From NCBI RefSeq assembly GCF_006345805.1, contig NW_021832902.1, forward strand, positions 1-29,429: DNA of 29,429 nt. The letters run 5' to 3'. Under the pieces are notes generated by a model. It ran no database searches. It was not told the DNA's origin and saw only the letters and a list, made by a program, of their open reading frames with translations. Made by a program: the position numbers and the translations under genes. Source of the stretch: Octopus sinensis (lineage: Eukaryota). Below, in pieces: positions 10,886-21,097 of this stretch. Numbering within the stretch: the first letter of the stretch is position 1; every line of letters begins with the position of its first letter.

Positions 10886-11486
10886 GAATGTATACAGTGG
10901 CGTTGATAAACTTCGTATTGTGGCCTCTGGACTGACCAACAGCTACGCCCTAACCTCTCTTCTTTAAACGGATCATTCACTTCTAATCATTCACTTCTAT
11001 TCCAACCCACGTCATCTCCATCTTTATTCTCTCTTTTATTTCATTATTTTCTCTCCTTATTTTCCTCCCCCCAACCCCTTCCCCCCAATTCTCTACTTTT
11101 TTCCGATCGTTTCCATTATGTCTAAACCGCAATGAACCAAGGATAACGAAAACCTTCCTCGCACGACGGCATACCGGCAAAACCTTCAGAAACGCTACGT
11201 TTAGCCAATGTATATGCAGATGACGATGCAGCTCATTAATAATCCGCAAATGTGGTCATAATTTCGTCTTTCGGCGACAAGATTAGTTGAGCACGCATCA
11301 CTTGATCTCATCTCCTTCACACAGTAAAATGTCAATTTATTGTCGTAACTTCGTTAACTACGACTGCTCCGGTTAGTCTTTGCCGAAAGAAAAATCAGCA
11401 CGATATTTGATCCACTTTTAATGTTGTTATTATTATTATTATCATCATCATCATCATCATCATCGTCATCATCATCATTATTATTA

Positions 11487-11528
<42 letters not shown>

Positions 11529-12010
11529 GAGTGAGAGAGCAGTGCATGCCATCAAAGTGACACTGGGGTAAAATATACGAAGCCCAATATACCCATCATG
11601 ACTACCCGTCTGATAAAGGTTCACCAGGCACATGCATCACAACCATATGTGCGCGACATGGTGATCTCATATCAAGATAAAAACAGCACATGACCTTGCA
11701 GGTGGGGCCCAGTTAGAATTTTCTTCAGGTTGAGTAGCCCATCCCGCTCAAAAGGTCCCTGAATAAGGGTGTTTAAGGATGTTGAAAGAACCACCCATGT
11801 TTCCAGAGGTGAATTATTCAAACCCCAAAGAATCCCTCTCAACACATGGCTATGATGCTCCCCCACTACTTCTGCTCGTGATCAGAGATGCACATATCGT
11901 CAGCCACTAAGGGACATGCTCAACTGGTTACGGTCAAACAACTGACAAGCAAATCTGTGGTATTGAGCAGAATATTTGCTGTAGCCCATCTTTTATACCA
12001 AGACAAAACA
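11529..12010 (-). mobile_element. Interspersed repeat embedded in (TAA)n; candidate non-autonomous retroposon
   Basis: 482-bp mixed-composition block with (ATT)n abutting both ends; no TIR, no recognisable A/B box, no meaningful ORF. I recall it as a common octopus repeat, but only one copy is in this window. Confidence 0.55.
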
Positions 12011-12048
<38 letters not shown>

Positions 12049-12112
12049 TATTATTATTATTATTATCATCATCATCATCATTATTATCATTATTATTATT
12101 ATTATTATTATT

Positions 12113-12527
12113 GGATCTTTTCGGTTTGAACGGCAGTTTTTAACATAATTTCTAGGTAACTAAAAAATTTTAAACTTCGTATACTGGGAGAATGTGTTTA
12201 TAAAACATCTTTTTCTCTTGGCTTTATTGAGAAAATTCTATAGTTTGTAAGATATTTGTTGTTTTTTTTCTTCAATTTCTGCAATTTCAACCAATCAGTG
12301 ACGTCTATTGAGTTAAAAATGAATATGTCCTTCCTTTAAGAAATAGATTGGGTTTATTTACATTTGTGAAGAAAAAAGATACCCTTCCCCCCACTTCTAA
12401 CCCTAACCCTAACTAACCCTAACCCTAAAACAGATTGAAATGCAATAGATCGATAGTAGGGTCATAATTATGGTTGACAATTTCATGACACCGCTAGAAA
12501 AAACTGCCGTTCAAATCGAAAAGATCC
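12113..12527. mobile_element. MITE with 29-bp TIRs and internal (TAACCC)n
   Basis: GGATCTTTTCGGTTTGAACGGCAGTTTTT / AAAAACTGCCGTTCAAATCGAAAAGATCC; telomere-type repeat at about 12397-12428; second copy inverted at 14715-15141. Confidence 0.9.
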
Positions 12528-12746
12528 TTATCATTATTATCATCATCATCATCATCATCACTACTATTATTATTACTACTATTATTATTACTACTATTAT
12601 TATTACTACTATTATTATTACTACTATTATTATTACTACTATTATTATTACTACTATTATTATTACTATTATTATTATTATTACTACTATTATTATTACT
12701 ATTACTACTATTATTATTATTATTATTACTATTATTATTATTACTA

Positions 12747-12807
<61 letters not shown>

Positions 12808-12924
12808 CATCATTATTATTATTATTATTACTACTATTACTATTATTATTATTATTACTATTATTACTATTATTATTATTATTACTATTATTATTATTAT
12901 TACTATTATTATTATTATTATTAC

Positions 12925-12970
<46 letters not shown>

Positions 12971-13414
12971 TTACTTATTATTATTATTATCATTATTATT
13001 ATTATTATTATTATCATTATTATTATTATTACTATTACTATTATTATTATTTTGTGAGCTGAAGTGGAATTTGGGACCAAAATCCATAGCGGTATTTCAG
13101 TGCAGTATGCAAACAATATTTTACTGCGACAGACTGATTACACATAAATTGAAAAATTCAAAGCAGATTTTTTTTTTCTATTATTGAAATAAATTTTTGG
13201 AGAAAATGATTAACGGAAAATAAGCGGATGTTTTTCTTTGGAATAAACGAAAAAACAATGCAGCAATTTTTAAGGAAGTAAAAACAAATGGTAATTGATA
13301 TTTCGCGTTTAAAATTACACCGTAGTGAATATTTTTCAAGAGACCACGTCTCTATCTAATACTGAGGGGGAAAAAAATATGCGTATTGCAGAATATTAAT
13401 GACTTAGTGTCATG

Positions 13415-13864
13415 TTCATACATACATACATACAAACATTCATACATACAAACATTCATACATACATACATACATACATACAAACATTCATACATACATA
13501 CATACATACATACATGCATACATACATACATACATGCATACATAGATGCATACATACATACATACATACATAGATGCATACATACATACATACATACATA
13601 GATGCATACATACATACATAGATGCATACATACATACATACATACATAGATGCATACATACATACATAGATGCATACATACAAACATACATACAAACGTA
13701 CGTACATACATCCATCCATCCATCCATCCATACATACGTACGTACGTACGTACATCCATACATACGTACATACGTACATACGTACGTACGTACATACGTA
13801 CATACGTACGTACGTACATACGTACATACGTACATACATACATACATACATACATACATACATA
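13415..13864. repeat. Compound (ATAC)n tetranucleotide array with ATAG/ATGC/ACGT/ATCC variants
   Basis: Seen directly; source of the MYVC/HTYI ORFs. Confidence 0.95.
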
Positions 13865-14003
13865 CGTTCGTGCGTCTGTGTGTGTGTGTGTGTGCGTTTT
13901 ACTATCAATTTATTACAAACTTCGCTCTTTCATTTTCTATCATCACAAATGCTACCACCAGATTTTCTCCATTAAAAGCTTCCTTAGCATGTGAGAATTC
14001 TTC

Positions 14004-14004
<1 letters not shown>

Positions 14005-14036
<32 letters not shown>

Positions 14037-14081
14037 TGTATGTATGTATGTATGTATGTATGTATGTATATATATATATAT
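14005..14081. repeat. (GTAT)n-(TA)n microsatellite
   Basis: Seen directly; opposite orientation to 13415-13864. Confidence 0.95.
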
Positions 14082-14714
14082 AACGGGTGGAGGTGAGGGT
14101 TAAAGAAGCGGAGGTAGAGAAAGGTACAGTGAGTGTAATGGAGAGAAAGGAAGAATTCGAGGAAGGAAGAATTGGTAGAGTGAAAGCAATACCTATACGT
14201 TTGCTGTCTAAACTCTTATCTTCGTTCCCCGCCACCAACGTCACTCTATATACTCGGTCTAGAAAACAGTAGAAGCTTCGGTGATTTATGGACTCTGATT
14301 AGTACGGTAGACATTTATTGCTTGTTTTATGTTGACTGATTACAGTGTATTATTGATAAAACAATGCTGGATGGTCTCATTATTCTTAGAGTTGCCCCAA
14401 GATATGATCTACAGCTGCAGGTTTGATATTATTGCAAACAGATTGCTTCACATCACAGAACAAACATTACGTAAACAGCCATGTGAGAGTATTTTGCAGC
14501 GTTTACCTGCTAATGGAACAGAGCAACAGATTTTGATGAAGATAAGCTCCTGCACAATTTATTGAGAGGTGATTGTGTTTCTTTCGCCAGCCACCATTGT
14601 GTTTCTTTCGCCATTGTTATAGTTAGACCAGCGTTTACCTGGTCTAACTATAGTTAGACCAGTGGGTCTCAATAATTTTTGTTTTGTCTCTGGACTCCTT
14701 TGATTCCTATTTTA

Positions 14715-15141
14715 GGATCTTTTCGGTTTGAACGGCAGTTTTTTCTAGCGGTGTCATATGAAATTGTCACCCATAATTATGACCCTACTATCGATCTATT
14801 GCATTTCAATCTGTTTTAGGGTTAGGGTTAGTTAGGGGTGGGGGGAAGAGTATCTTTTTTTCTTCACAAATGTAAATAAACCCAATCTGTTTCTTAAACG
14901 AGGGACATATTCATACGGCACAGAATGTTTTTTTTTACCTCAATAGACGTCAGTGATTGGTTGAAATTACAGAAATTGAAGAAAAAAGAAAACAACAAAT
15001 ATCTTACAAACTATAGAATTTTTTCAATAAAGCCAAGAGAAAAAGATGTTTTATAAACACATTCTACCAGTATACGAAGTTTAAAAGTGTTTAGTTACGT
15101 GGAAATTATGTTAAAAACTGCCGTTCAAATCGAAAAGATCC
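14715..15141. mobile_element. MITE with 29-bp TIRs and internal (TTAGGG)n, inverted relative to 12113-12527
   Basis: Same TIRs; interior is the reverse complement of the first copy; TTAGGG units at about 14816-14837. Confidence 0.9.
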
Positions 15142-15199
15142 GTGGACGCTAATGTTTTAAAAAATCCCATTGCACTTTTATAATTAAACATTATTATTA

Positions 15200-15504
15200 G
15201 TGAAGGCGCATGGCTTAGTGGATAGGGCATTCGGTTCACGATTGTAAAGTCATGAGTTCGATTCCCGGCGACGCGTTATGTCATTGAGCAAGACACTTTA
15301 TTTCACGTTGCTCCAGTCCATTCAGCTGGCAAAAATGAGTTGTACCTTGTCACACTCTGTGTCACGCTGAATCTCCCCGATAACTACGTTAGGGGTACAT
15401 GTGTCTGTGGATTGCTCAGCCATTTGCACGTTAATTTCGTGAGCAGGCTGTTCCGTTGATCAGATCAGCAGGGACCCTCGTCGTCGTAACTGACGGAGTG
15501 CTCC
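15200..15504 (+). mobile_element. SINE S4 (tRNA head + CORE-like + S3-type tail)
   Basis: A-box TGGCTTAGTGG, B-box GAGTTCGATTCCC, TTGAGCAAGACACTTTATTTCACG, tail GTCACGCTGAATCTCCCC...CCCTCGTCGTCGTAACTGACGGAGTGC; flanked by ATTATTA on both sides. Confidence 0.88.
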
Positions 15505-15747
15505 TTTTTTAAAAAAAAAAAATATTATTAGGAAGCGGATAGAAAAGTCGTTAAAATATTTTGTGTATTGTAGGAATAAAACCAAGTTATTGCACAAATT
15601 TTAACAGTAAAATCTTATGTGAATCCCGAAGGGTCATACGGACCCCGACTGAAAAATACTTATTTAGACACACAGCTCTCAATACCTTATTTGGTCAAAC
15701 ACTACCCTAGGACTATAGTCATTACCGTTCAATCTTTGCCCACTACA

Positions 15748-16280
15748 GATTGGTTTCAAATTTTGGCACAAAGCCAGCAACTTCGGGAAGGGAGTAAGTC
15801 GATTATACCGACCTCCAGTGCTCAACTGGTACTTATTTTATCGACCCTAAAAGGATGGAAGGCAAAGTTTACCTAGCGGGATTTGAACTCAGAACGTGAA
15901 GACGGGCGAAATATCGGTAAGCATTTCTCCCGGTGTGCTAACAATTCTTTTCCACTCTAGGCGTGCTAATGTTTCTTATTTCTTTTTTGCCCACAAAGGG
16001 CTAAACATAGAGGGGACAAACAAGGACAGACAACGGGATTAAGTCGATTACATCGACCCCACATTCTTTTCTACTCTAGGCAAAAAGCCCGAAATTCTTG
16101 GGGAGGAGACCAGTCGATTGGATCTACCCCACTACGCAACTTGTACTTAATTTATCGACCCCAGAAAGGATGAAAGGCAAAGTCGACCTCGGGAGAGTTG
16201 AACTCAGAACGTAGAGGCAGACGAAATACCGCTAGGCATTTTACCCGGCGTGCTAACGTTTCTGCCAGCTCACTGCCTTC
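15748..16280 (-). mobile_element. Cluster of three SINE S2 copies/fragments
   Basis: Units at about 15748-15948, 15976-16060 (tail a only) and 16061-16280. Confidence 0.85.
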
Positions 16281-16347
16281 TGAATATGACATATTAAGGA
16301 ATTACTTGACAGTGTAACCGCTACTGATACTGCTACTGTTGCTGCTG

Positions 16348-16720
16348 TCTTCTTCTTCTTCTTCTTCTTCTTCTTCTTCTTCTTCTTCTTCTTCTTTTTC
16401 TTTTCTTCTTCTTTTCTTTTTTTCTTCTTTTTCTTCTTTTTCTTCTTTTTCTTCTTTTTCTTCTTTTTCTTTTTCTTCTTTTTCTTCTTTTTCTTCTTTT
16501 TCTTTTTCTTCTTTTTCTTTTTCTTCTTTTCTTCTTTTTCTTTTTCTTCTTTTCTTCTTTTTCTTTTTCTTCTTTTTCTTCTTTTTTTTCTTCTTTTTCT
16601 TTTTCTTTTTCTTCTTTTTCTTCTTTTTCTTTTTCTTCTTTTTCTTCTATTTCTTCTTTTTCTTCTTCTTTTTCTTCTTTTTCTTCTTTTTTTTCTTTTT
16701 CTTCTTTTTCTTCTTCTTCC
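16348..16720. repeat. Polypyrimidine (TTC)n/(TTTTTC)n tract, about 370 nt
   Basis: Only one purine seen (A at 16649); source of the poly-E/K/F/S ORFs. Confidence 0.95.
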
Positions 16721-17004
16721 AATCAGGACTCACGCCATTAGCCACAAAGAATTATCCCTAATTCGAGCCTACTCTAAGCTACTAAAAATGCGTGTGGCAA
16801 CTTGAAGATCCACCCACCACACGCAATAGACTGGCGGTTGCACGGGCGCGAAAGCTACGTTGTTATCCTCATTCCGTAAACGGTGGCTTAATAACGGGTG
16901 GAGAGCGGAACCATCCTGGGGTACAGAGGATTCGCAATCTAGACTAGGGTCCGAAAGTTTACCACACCATAGTGGGTTACACCGTGGTTCCTCTGCTTTG
17001 TGGC

Positions 17005-17198
17005 AGAAGTAGGAAGAAAGAGTGAGAGAAAGTTGTTTTGAAAGAGTACATCGGGATTCACCACTATCCCCCGCCGGAGCCTCGTGGAACTTAGGGGTTT
17101 TTGCTTGATAAACACTCACAATGCCAGTCTGGGAATCGAAACCGCGTTCTTACGATCGCGAGTCCGTTGCCCTAACAACTGGGCCATTGCGCCTCCAC
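17005..17198 (-). mobile_element. SINE S3 head and middle; normal tail absent
   Basis: Matches S3 from the head to ...CTCTCACTCTTTCTTCCTACTTCTG, then diverges. Confidence 0.85.
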
Positions 17199-17365
17199 TG
17201 TTGTTGCTGTTGATTGTGGCAGCTGTGGTGGTGGACGTAGTAGTAAACACAACAGCGAGTTTCAAGTGAATTGGATCGTGAACGTAATGGACCGCGAGTA
17301 CTGGGGTTATGGACCACCCAACACTTTATTGCTTTGGCCATTTTCTCCTTCAAGTGTGACAGACT

Positions 17366-17868
17366 CATTACAGGCTGTAATGACATGCATAAGATCTGGT
17401 CATCAAATCAAAGTAGAGACTTCAAACTTGAAATCTTCAAAGCTACAGTCGAACCAATTCTACTATATGGCTCAGAAACCTGGACGTTATCAAAGAAGCT
17501 TGAGAGGCAGTTGGATGGAACCTACACTCGCCTCCTTATGAGAGCTCAAAATCTCTCGTGGAAGCGCCATCCAACCAAAATGCAAATATATGGGAAACTA
17601 CCACCTGTGTCATCTCTTGTGAAAGGTAGGAGAGTCCAGTTTGCTGGACATTGTTGTAGAGCTGAAAACGAGGTAATTTCTACTCTTCTCTCCTGGAAGC
17701 CATCTACTTGCGATACCAGAGGGTGCATACTCTCCTACCCTGATGTAATCTCCAGGGATACAGACATCCAGCAACAGGACCTCCGTAATGCTATGATGGA
17801 CCGTGAAGTCTGGCGTAGCATGGTAAATTCCATTGTCTCGACCACAGTCGAACAATGATGATGATGAA
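17366..17868 (+). mobile_element. 5'-truncated non-LTR retrotransposon (RTE-related) 3' end with 11-bp TSD
   Basis: Open frame with KIW...IFKATVEPILLYGSETWTL...RRVQFAGHCCR...MMDREVWRSMV, typical of the post-RT C-terminus of RTE-group LINEs; (TGA)4 tail; TSD TGTGACAGACT at 17355-17365 and 17869-17879. The exact clade (RTE, RTEX or Proto2) cannot be resolved by eye. Confidence 0.88.
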
Positions 17869-18112
17869 TGTGACAGACTGGAAATTAACACAGTTTAAAC
17901 GGTGCCAAAATATCCTCCAGCATTACAATGTAACGATATACACAGTGTCAAACACCTGATTCCTAAATTGGTAAACTACAGGAAATAACATTGATTTCAG
18001 ACAAGGTCAAAGACTAATAGACAAATTTCTTCAACTGATATTTCTATGAATTCTTCCACCTTTTACCTTTGATCGTTGTTTTTCTTTTTGTGTTTTTTTT
18101 TCGTTATGGTTT

Positions 18113-18385
18113 ATCTTTTATCTTTCACTTGTTTCAAACATTAGACTGCGGCCATGCTGGGGCACGACTTTGAAGAACTGTTTGTCGAATGAATCAACTC
18201 CAGTATTTATTCATGTTTTATAAAGCTTGATACTTATTCTATCGGTCCATTTTGCCGAACCGCTATGTTACGGGGACGTAAACACACCAGCATCGGTTGT
18301 CAAGCGATGTTGCGGGAGGGACAAACACAGACACACAAACATACATATATATATATATATACATATACACACACACACACACACG

Positions 18386-18464
<79 letters not shown>

Positions 18465-18536
18465 ACACCACCAACACACCACACACATATATATATAATA
18501 CACCAAACACAAAAAAAACACACACACACACACGCA

Positions 18537-18573
<37 letters not shown>

Positions 18574-18731
18574 GGCGGGCTTCTTCAGTTAATGTCTACC
18601 AAACCCATTTACAATGCTTTGGTCGACCCGACGCGGTAGTAGAAGACATTTGCCCAAAGTACCACGCAGTTGCACTGAACCCGGAACCATGTGATTGGAA
18701 AGCAAGCTTCTTTCCACACACCCACGCCTAC
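18113..18731 (-). mobile_element. SINE S1 with expanded internal (TA)/(CA) microsatellite
   Basis: Tail CACTTGTTTCAAACATTAGACTGCGGCC; head AAGCAAGCTTCTTTCCACACACCCACGCCT. Confidence 0.88.
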
Positions 18732-18923
18732 GTTATTTAGGATGTCAATACAACATCATTTCTCATGATTACACATCCGGGTTCCCAAAATATTTCTTTA
18801 TAGAAATAGTACCACAGATAGAATATATTTCTCTTTCAAAACATTGAATTCTTTATTGAAAATACTTCCTTTAATCCTTAAACTCACCCTTGTTTCACCC
18901 AAATTCACACAAACACTCACTGA

Positions 18924-19247
18924 CACTCCGTCGGTTACGATGACGTGGGTTGCCGTTGATCCTATCAACAGAACATTCTAATCGCGAGATTAACGTGCAA
19001 GTGGCCGAGTACTCCAAGGATATGTCTACCCTTTACGTAGTTCTCATGGAAATTCAGTGTGACACAGAATGTGACAAATAAGGCTGGCCCCTTGAATTAC
19101 CGGTACAACTCATTTTTGCCAGCTGAGTGGACTGGAGCAATGTGAAATAAAGTGTTTTCCTCAAGGACACAGTGCACCGATGGGAACCGAACTCACGACA
19201 TTGCAGTCATGAGTAGAACACCCTAACCAATAAACCACGCGCCTTCA
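18924..19247 (-). mobile_element. SINE S4, diverged
   Basis: Reverse complement aligns to 15200-15504 (CACTCCGTCGGTTACGA ... CCACGCGCCTTCA). Confidence 0.8.
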
Positions 19248-19397
19248 CCACACGCACACAACGCGCACGCGCGCACACACATACATATCCCCACATTCAC
19301 AGAATCTCGCCTTGTACACCCACTCTCTATCAATCTATCTTCTATCTCCCTTTTTCTATTTTCTCTCTTTCTCTCCCTCTCCATCTATCTATCTATT

Positions 19398-19533
19398 TCT
19401 TTACTGCCCACAAGGGGCTAAATACAGAGGGGACAAACAAGGACAGACAAACGGATTAAGTCGATTATATCGACCCCAGTACGCAACTGGTACTTAATTT
19501 ATCGACCCCGAAAGGATGAAAGGCAAAGTCGAC
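19398..19533 (-). mobile_element. 5'-truncated SINE S2 (tail a)
   Basis: TCTTTACTGCCCACAAGGGG...AGGCAAAGTCGAC, flanked by CTATCTATT at 19389-19397 and 19534-19542. Confidence 0.85.
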
Positions 19534-19596
19534 CTATCTATTAATCTATTAATCTATTAATCTATTAATCTATTAATCTATCTATCTATCTATCTA

Positions 19597-19629
<33 letters not shown>

Positions 19630-19885
19630 AAGTCCATCTGCTCTCTTTCTCTCTCTCTCTCTATCTATGTATCTATCTATCTAGCTATCCGTCTGTCTGT
19701 CTGCCTATCTCACTCTCTCTCTCTCTCTCTATTTATCTGTCTGCCTATCTTCACTCTCTCTCTCTCTCTTTATCTGTCTGTCTATCTTCACTCTCTCTCT
19801 CTCTCTCTGTATCTCTAACTATCTCTCTATCTCTCTTCTCTCTCACCCAACCCCTCTCTCTGCCCCTCCCCTTCTCCCGCTCTCT
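19534..19885. repeat. Compound microsatellite (ATTAATCT)n-(ATCT)n-(GTCT)n-(CT)n
   Basis: Seen directly. Confidence 0.9.
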
Positions 19886-20350
19886 CATTCAACGACTTAT
19901 AAATCTTATATCAGTAACATATTCCTCCATTTGATCTCTATTCTCTCGTGTCTCGTTCTGCTTTGCTGTGAATTAGTTTACCTTTAATTAGTGTCACCTT
20001 TACACTATTGCGGTTCTGGTTTTGACAATATCGCCTACTTGAAGGAAGGCATAACGAAAATATCATATATTTCTAGTTTTGTGATCGACCTGTCTCATTA
20101 AAATCATTGACTCTTAGAACGTTTTCCTAATTAGAATGAAATATAGTTATTAAGATTTCATCTTGCATACACATAAACTTTCAATACAAAATTCAAGAGA
20201 TTTTACTCCCACACACATGCACACAGACACAGACAGACACGCACACACACACACATGCATACACATACATATAAATATATATTTGCCATGATTGATTGCT
20301 TGCCACTAAACCTTTTTCTATTTTCTCTCTCTCGGCTTATTTCTGTGTTG

Positions 20351-20386
20351 CTTTCTGTTGAAGAGCGTTGGCTCGAAACATAAAAG
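20351..20386 (+). ncRNA. Degenerate minimal hammerhead motif
   Basis: CUUU-CUGUUGA-A-GAGC(GUUG)GCUC-GAAAC-AUA-AAAG; two deviations (core A6 to U; GUA to AUA) suggest reduced or lost activity. Confidence 0.55.
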
Positions 20387-20558
20387 ACTTTCTCACTTAC
20401 CGAGCGTTAAATTAATACATCTGTTTGTTGTTTACACACCCGGCTTCGTCTTTTTTTTGTATATTCCAACTATATATATATTCAAAATGTGACCGCGTGT
20501 GTACCGTTGGCGATTTTTTTCCTCCGTCTTCCCTTCTCTGGATCTTTCCTTTTCCTAT

Positions 20559-20593
20559 GTTTCTGACGAAGAGCACAGCTCGAAACGTTAAAC
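20559..20593 (+). ncRNA. Minimal type I hammerhead ribozyme motif
   Basis: GUUU-CUGACGA-A-GAGC(ACA)GCUC-GAAAC-GUU-AAAC; stem I differs from the other copies but still pairs (GUUU/AAAC); predicted cleavage after 20589. Confidence 0.72.
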
Positions 20594-20686
20594 CCTCCTG
20601 CTTTCCTGAGCGTCCAATAACACTATACTTGTTCCACGTCCTCGTGTTGTTGTGTTTTCTCTTTGTGTTTTCATGTTTGGATTAAC

Positions 20687-20731
<45 letters not shown>

Positions 20732-20775
20732 ATACACACACGCACGCAGACACACACAGGTGCATATATATATAG

Positions 20776-21097
20776 TGGCACCTTAGGCAAGTGTCTTCTA
20801 CTATAACCTCAAACCGACCAAGCCTTTGTGAGGGGATTTGGTAGGCAGAAATTGAAAGAAACCCATCGTATATATACATATATATGTGTGTGTGTGTGTT
20901 TGTCTCCCACCAACGCTTGACAACCAGTGTTGGTGTGTCTATGTTCCACGTAACTTAGCGGTTCGGGAAAAAAGACCGATAGAAAAAGTATCAACCTTAA
21001 AAATAAAGTACTGTAGTCGATTCATTCGACTTAAAATTCTTCAAGGCCGTGCCCCAGCATGGCCACAGACTAGTGACTGAAGCAAGCGAAAGATAGA
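20776..21097 (+). mobile_element. SINE S1 lacking the tRNA head
   Basis: Starts at GGCACCTTAGGCAAGTGTCTT; has the internal microsatellite and S1 tail. Confidence 0.85.

Larger units (their letters stand above)
11423..13052. repeat. Long (ATT)n/(ATC)n/(ACT)n trinucleotide field interrupted by two elements
   Basis: Blocks at about 11423-11528, 12011-12112 and 12528-13052; source of the poly-Ile ORFs. Confidence 0.95.
14660..15661. mobile_element. hAT MITE (same family as 1859-2108) carrying two nested insertions
   Basis: Left CAGTGGGTCTCAA; right GGACCCCGACTGAAAAATACTT; TSD AGTTAGAC (14652-14659) / ATTTAGAC (15662-15669). After removing 14715-15141 and about 15200-15520, the remainder aligns to 1859-2108. 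Confidence 0.75.
20302..20686 (+). mobile_element. Two tandem hammerhead-containing modules (Penelope-like pLTR/retrozyme-type)
   Basis: Module 1 (about 20302-20470) matches 5147-5313; module 2 (about 20482-20686) is a diverged relative; each ends in (TA)n. Confidence 0.7.

Noticed and set aside
12397-12428. TTAGGG repeats as an interstitial telomere or fusion scar
   Set aside because: Only 4-5 units, and present at the same internal position in both MITE copies, so they belong to the element.
12470-14244. Long ORFs (poly-Ile/Thr, MYVC and HTYI repeats, 100-200 aa)
   Set aside because: They are translations of (ATT)n and (ATAC)n microsatellites that happen to lack stop codons.
16333-16761. 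Poly-E/K/R and poly-S/F ORFs
   Set aside because: Translation of the (TTC)n tract.
16930-16990. Twister-like words (GUAAC, CGGACCCUAG) on the minus strand
   Set aside because: The required P2 and pseudoknot partners are not in the right order.
17271-17365. N-terminal part of the 195-aa ORF
   Set aside because: It lies outside the left TSD; chance open frame in flanking DNA, not part of the LINE.
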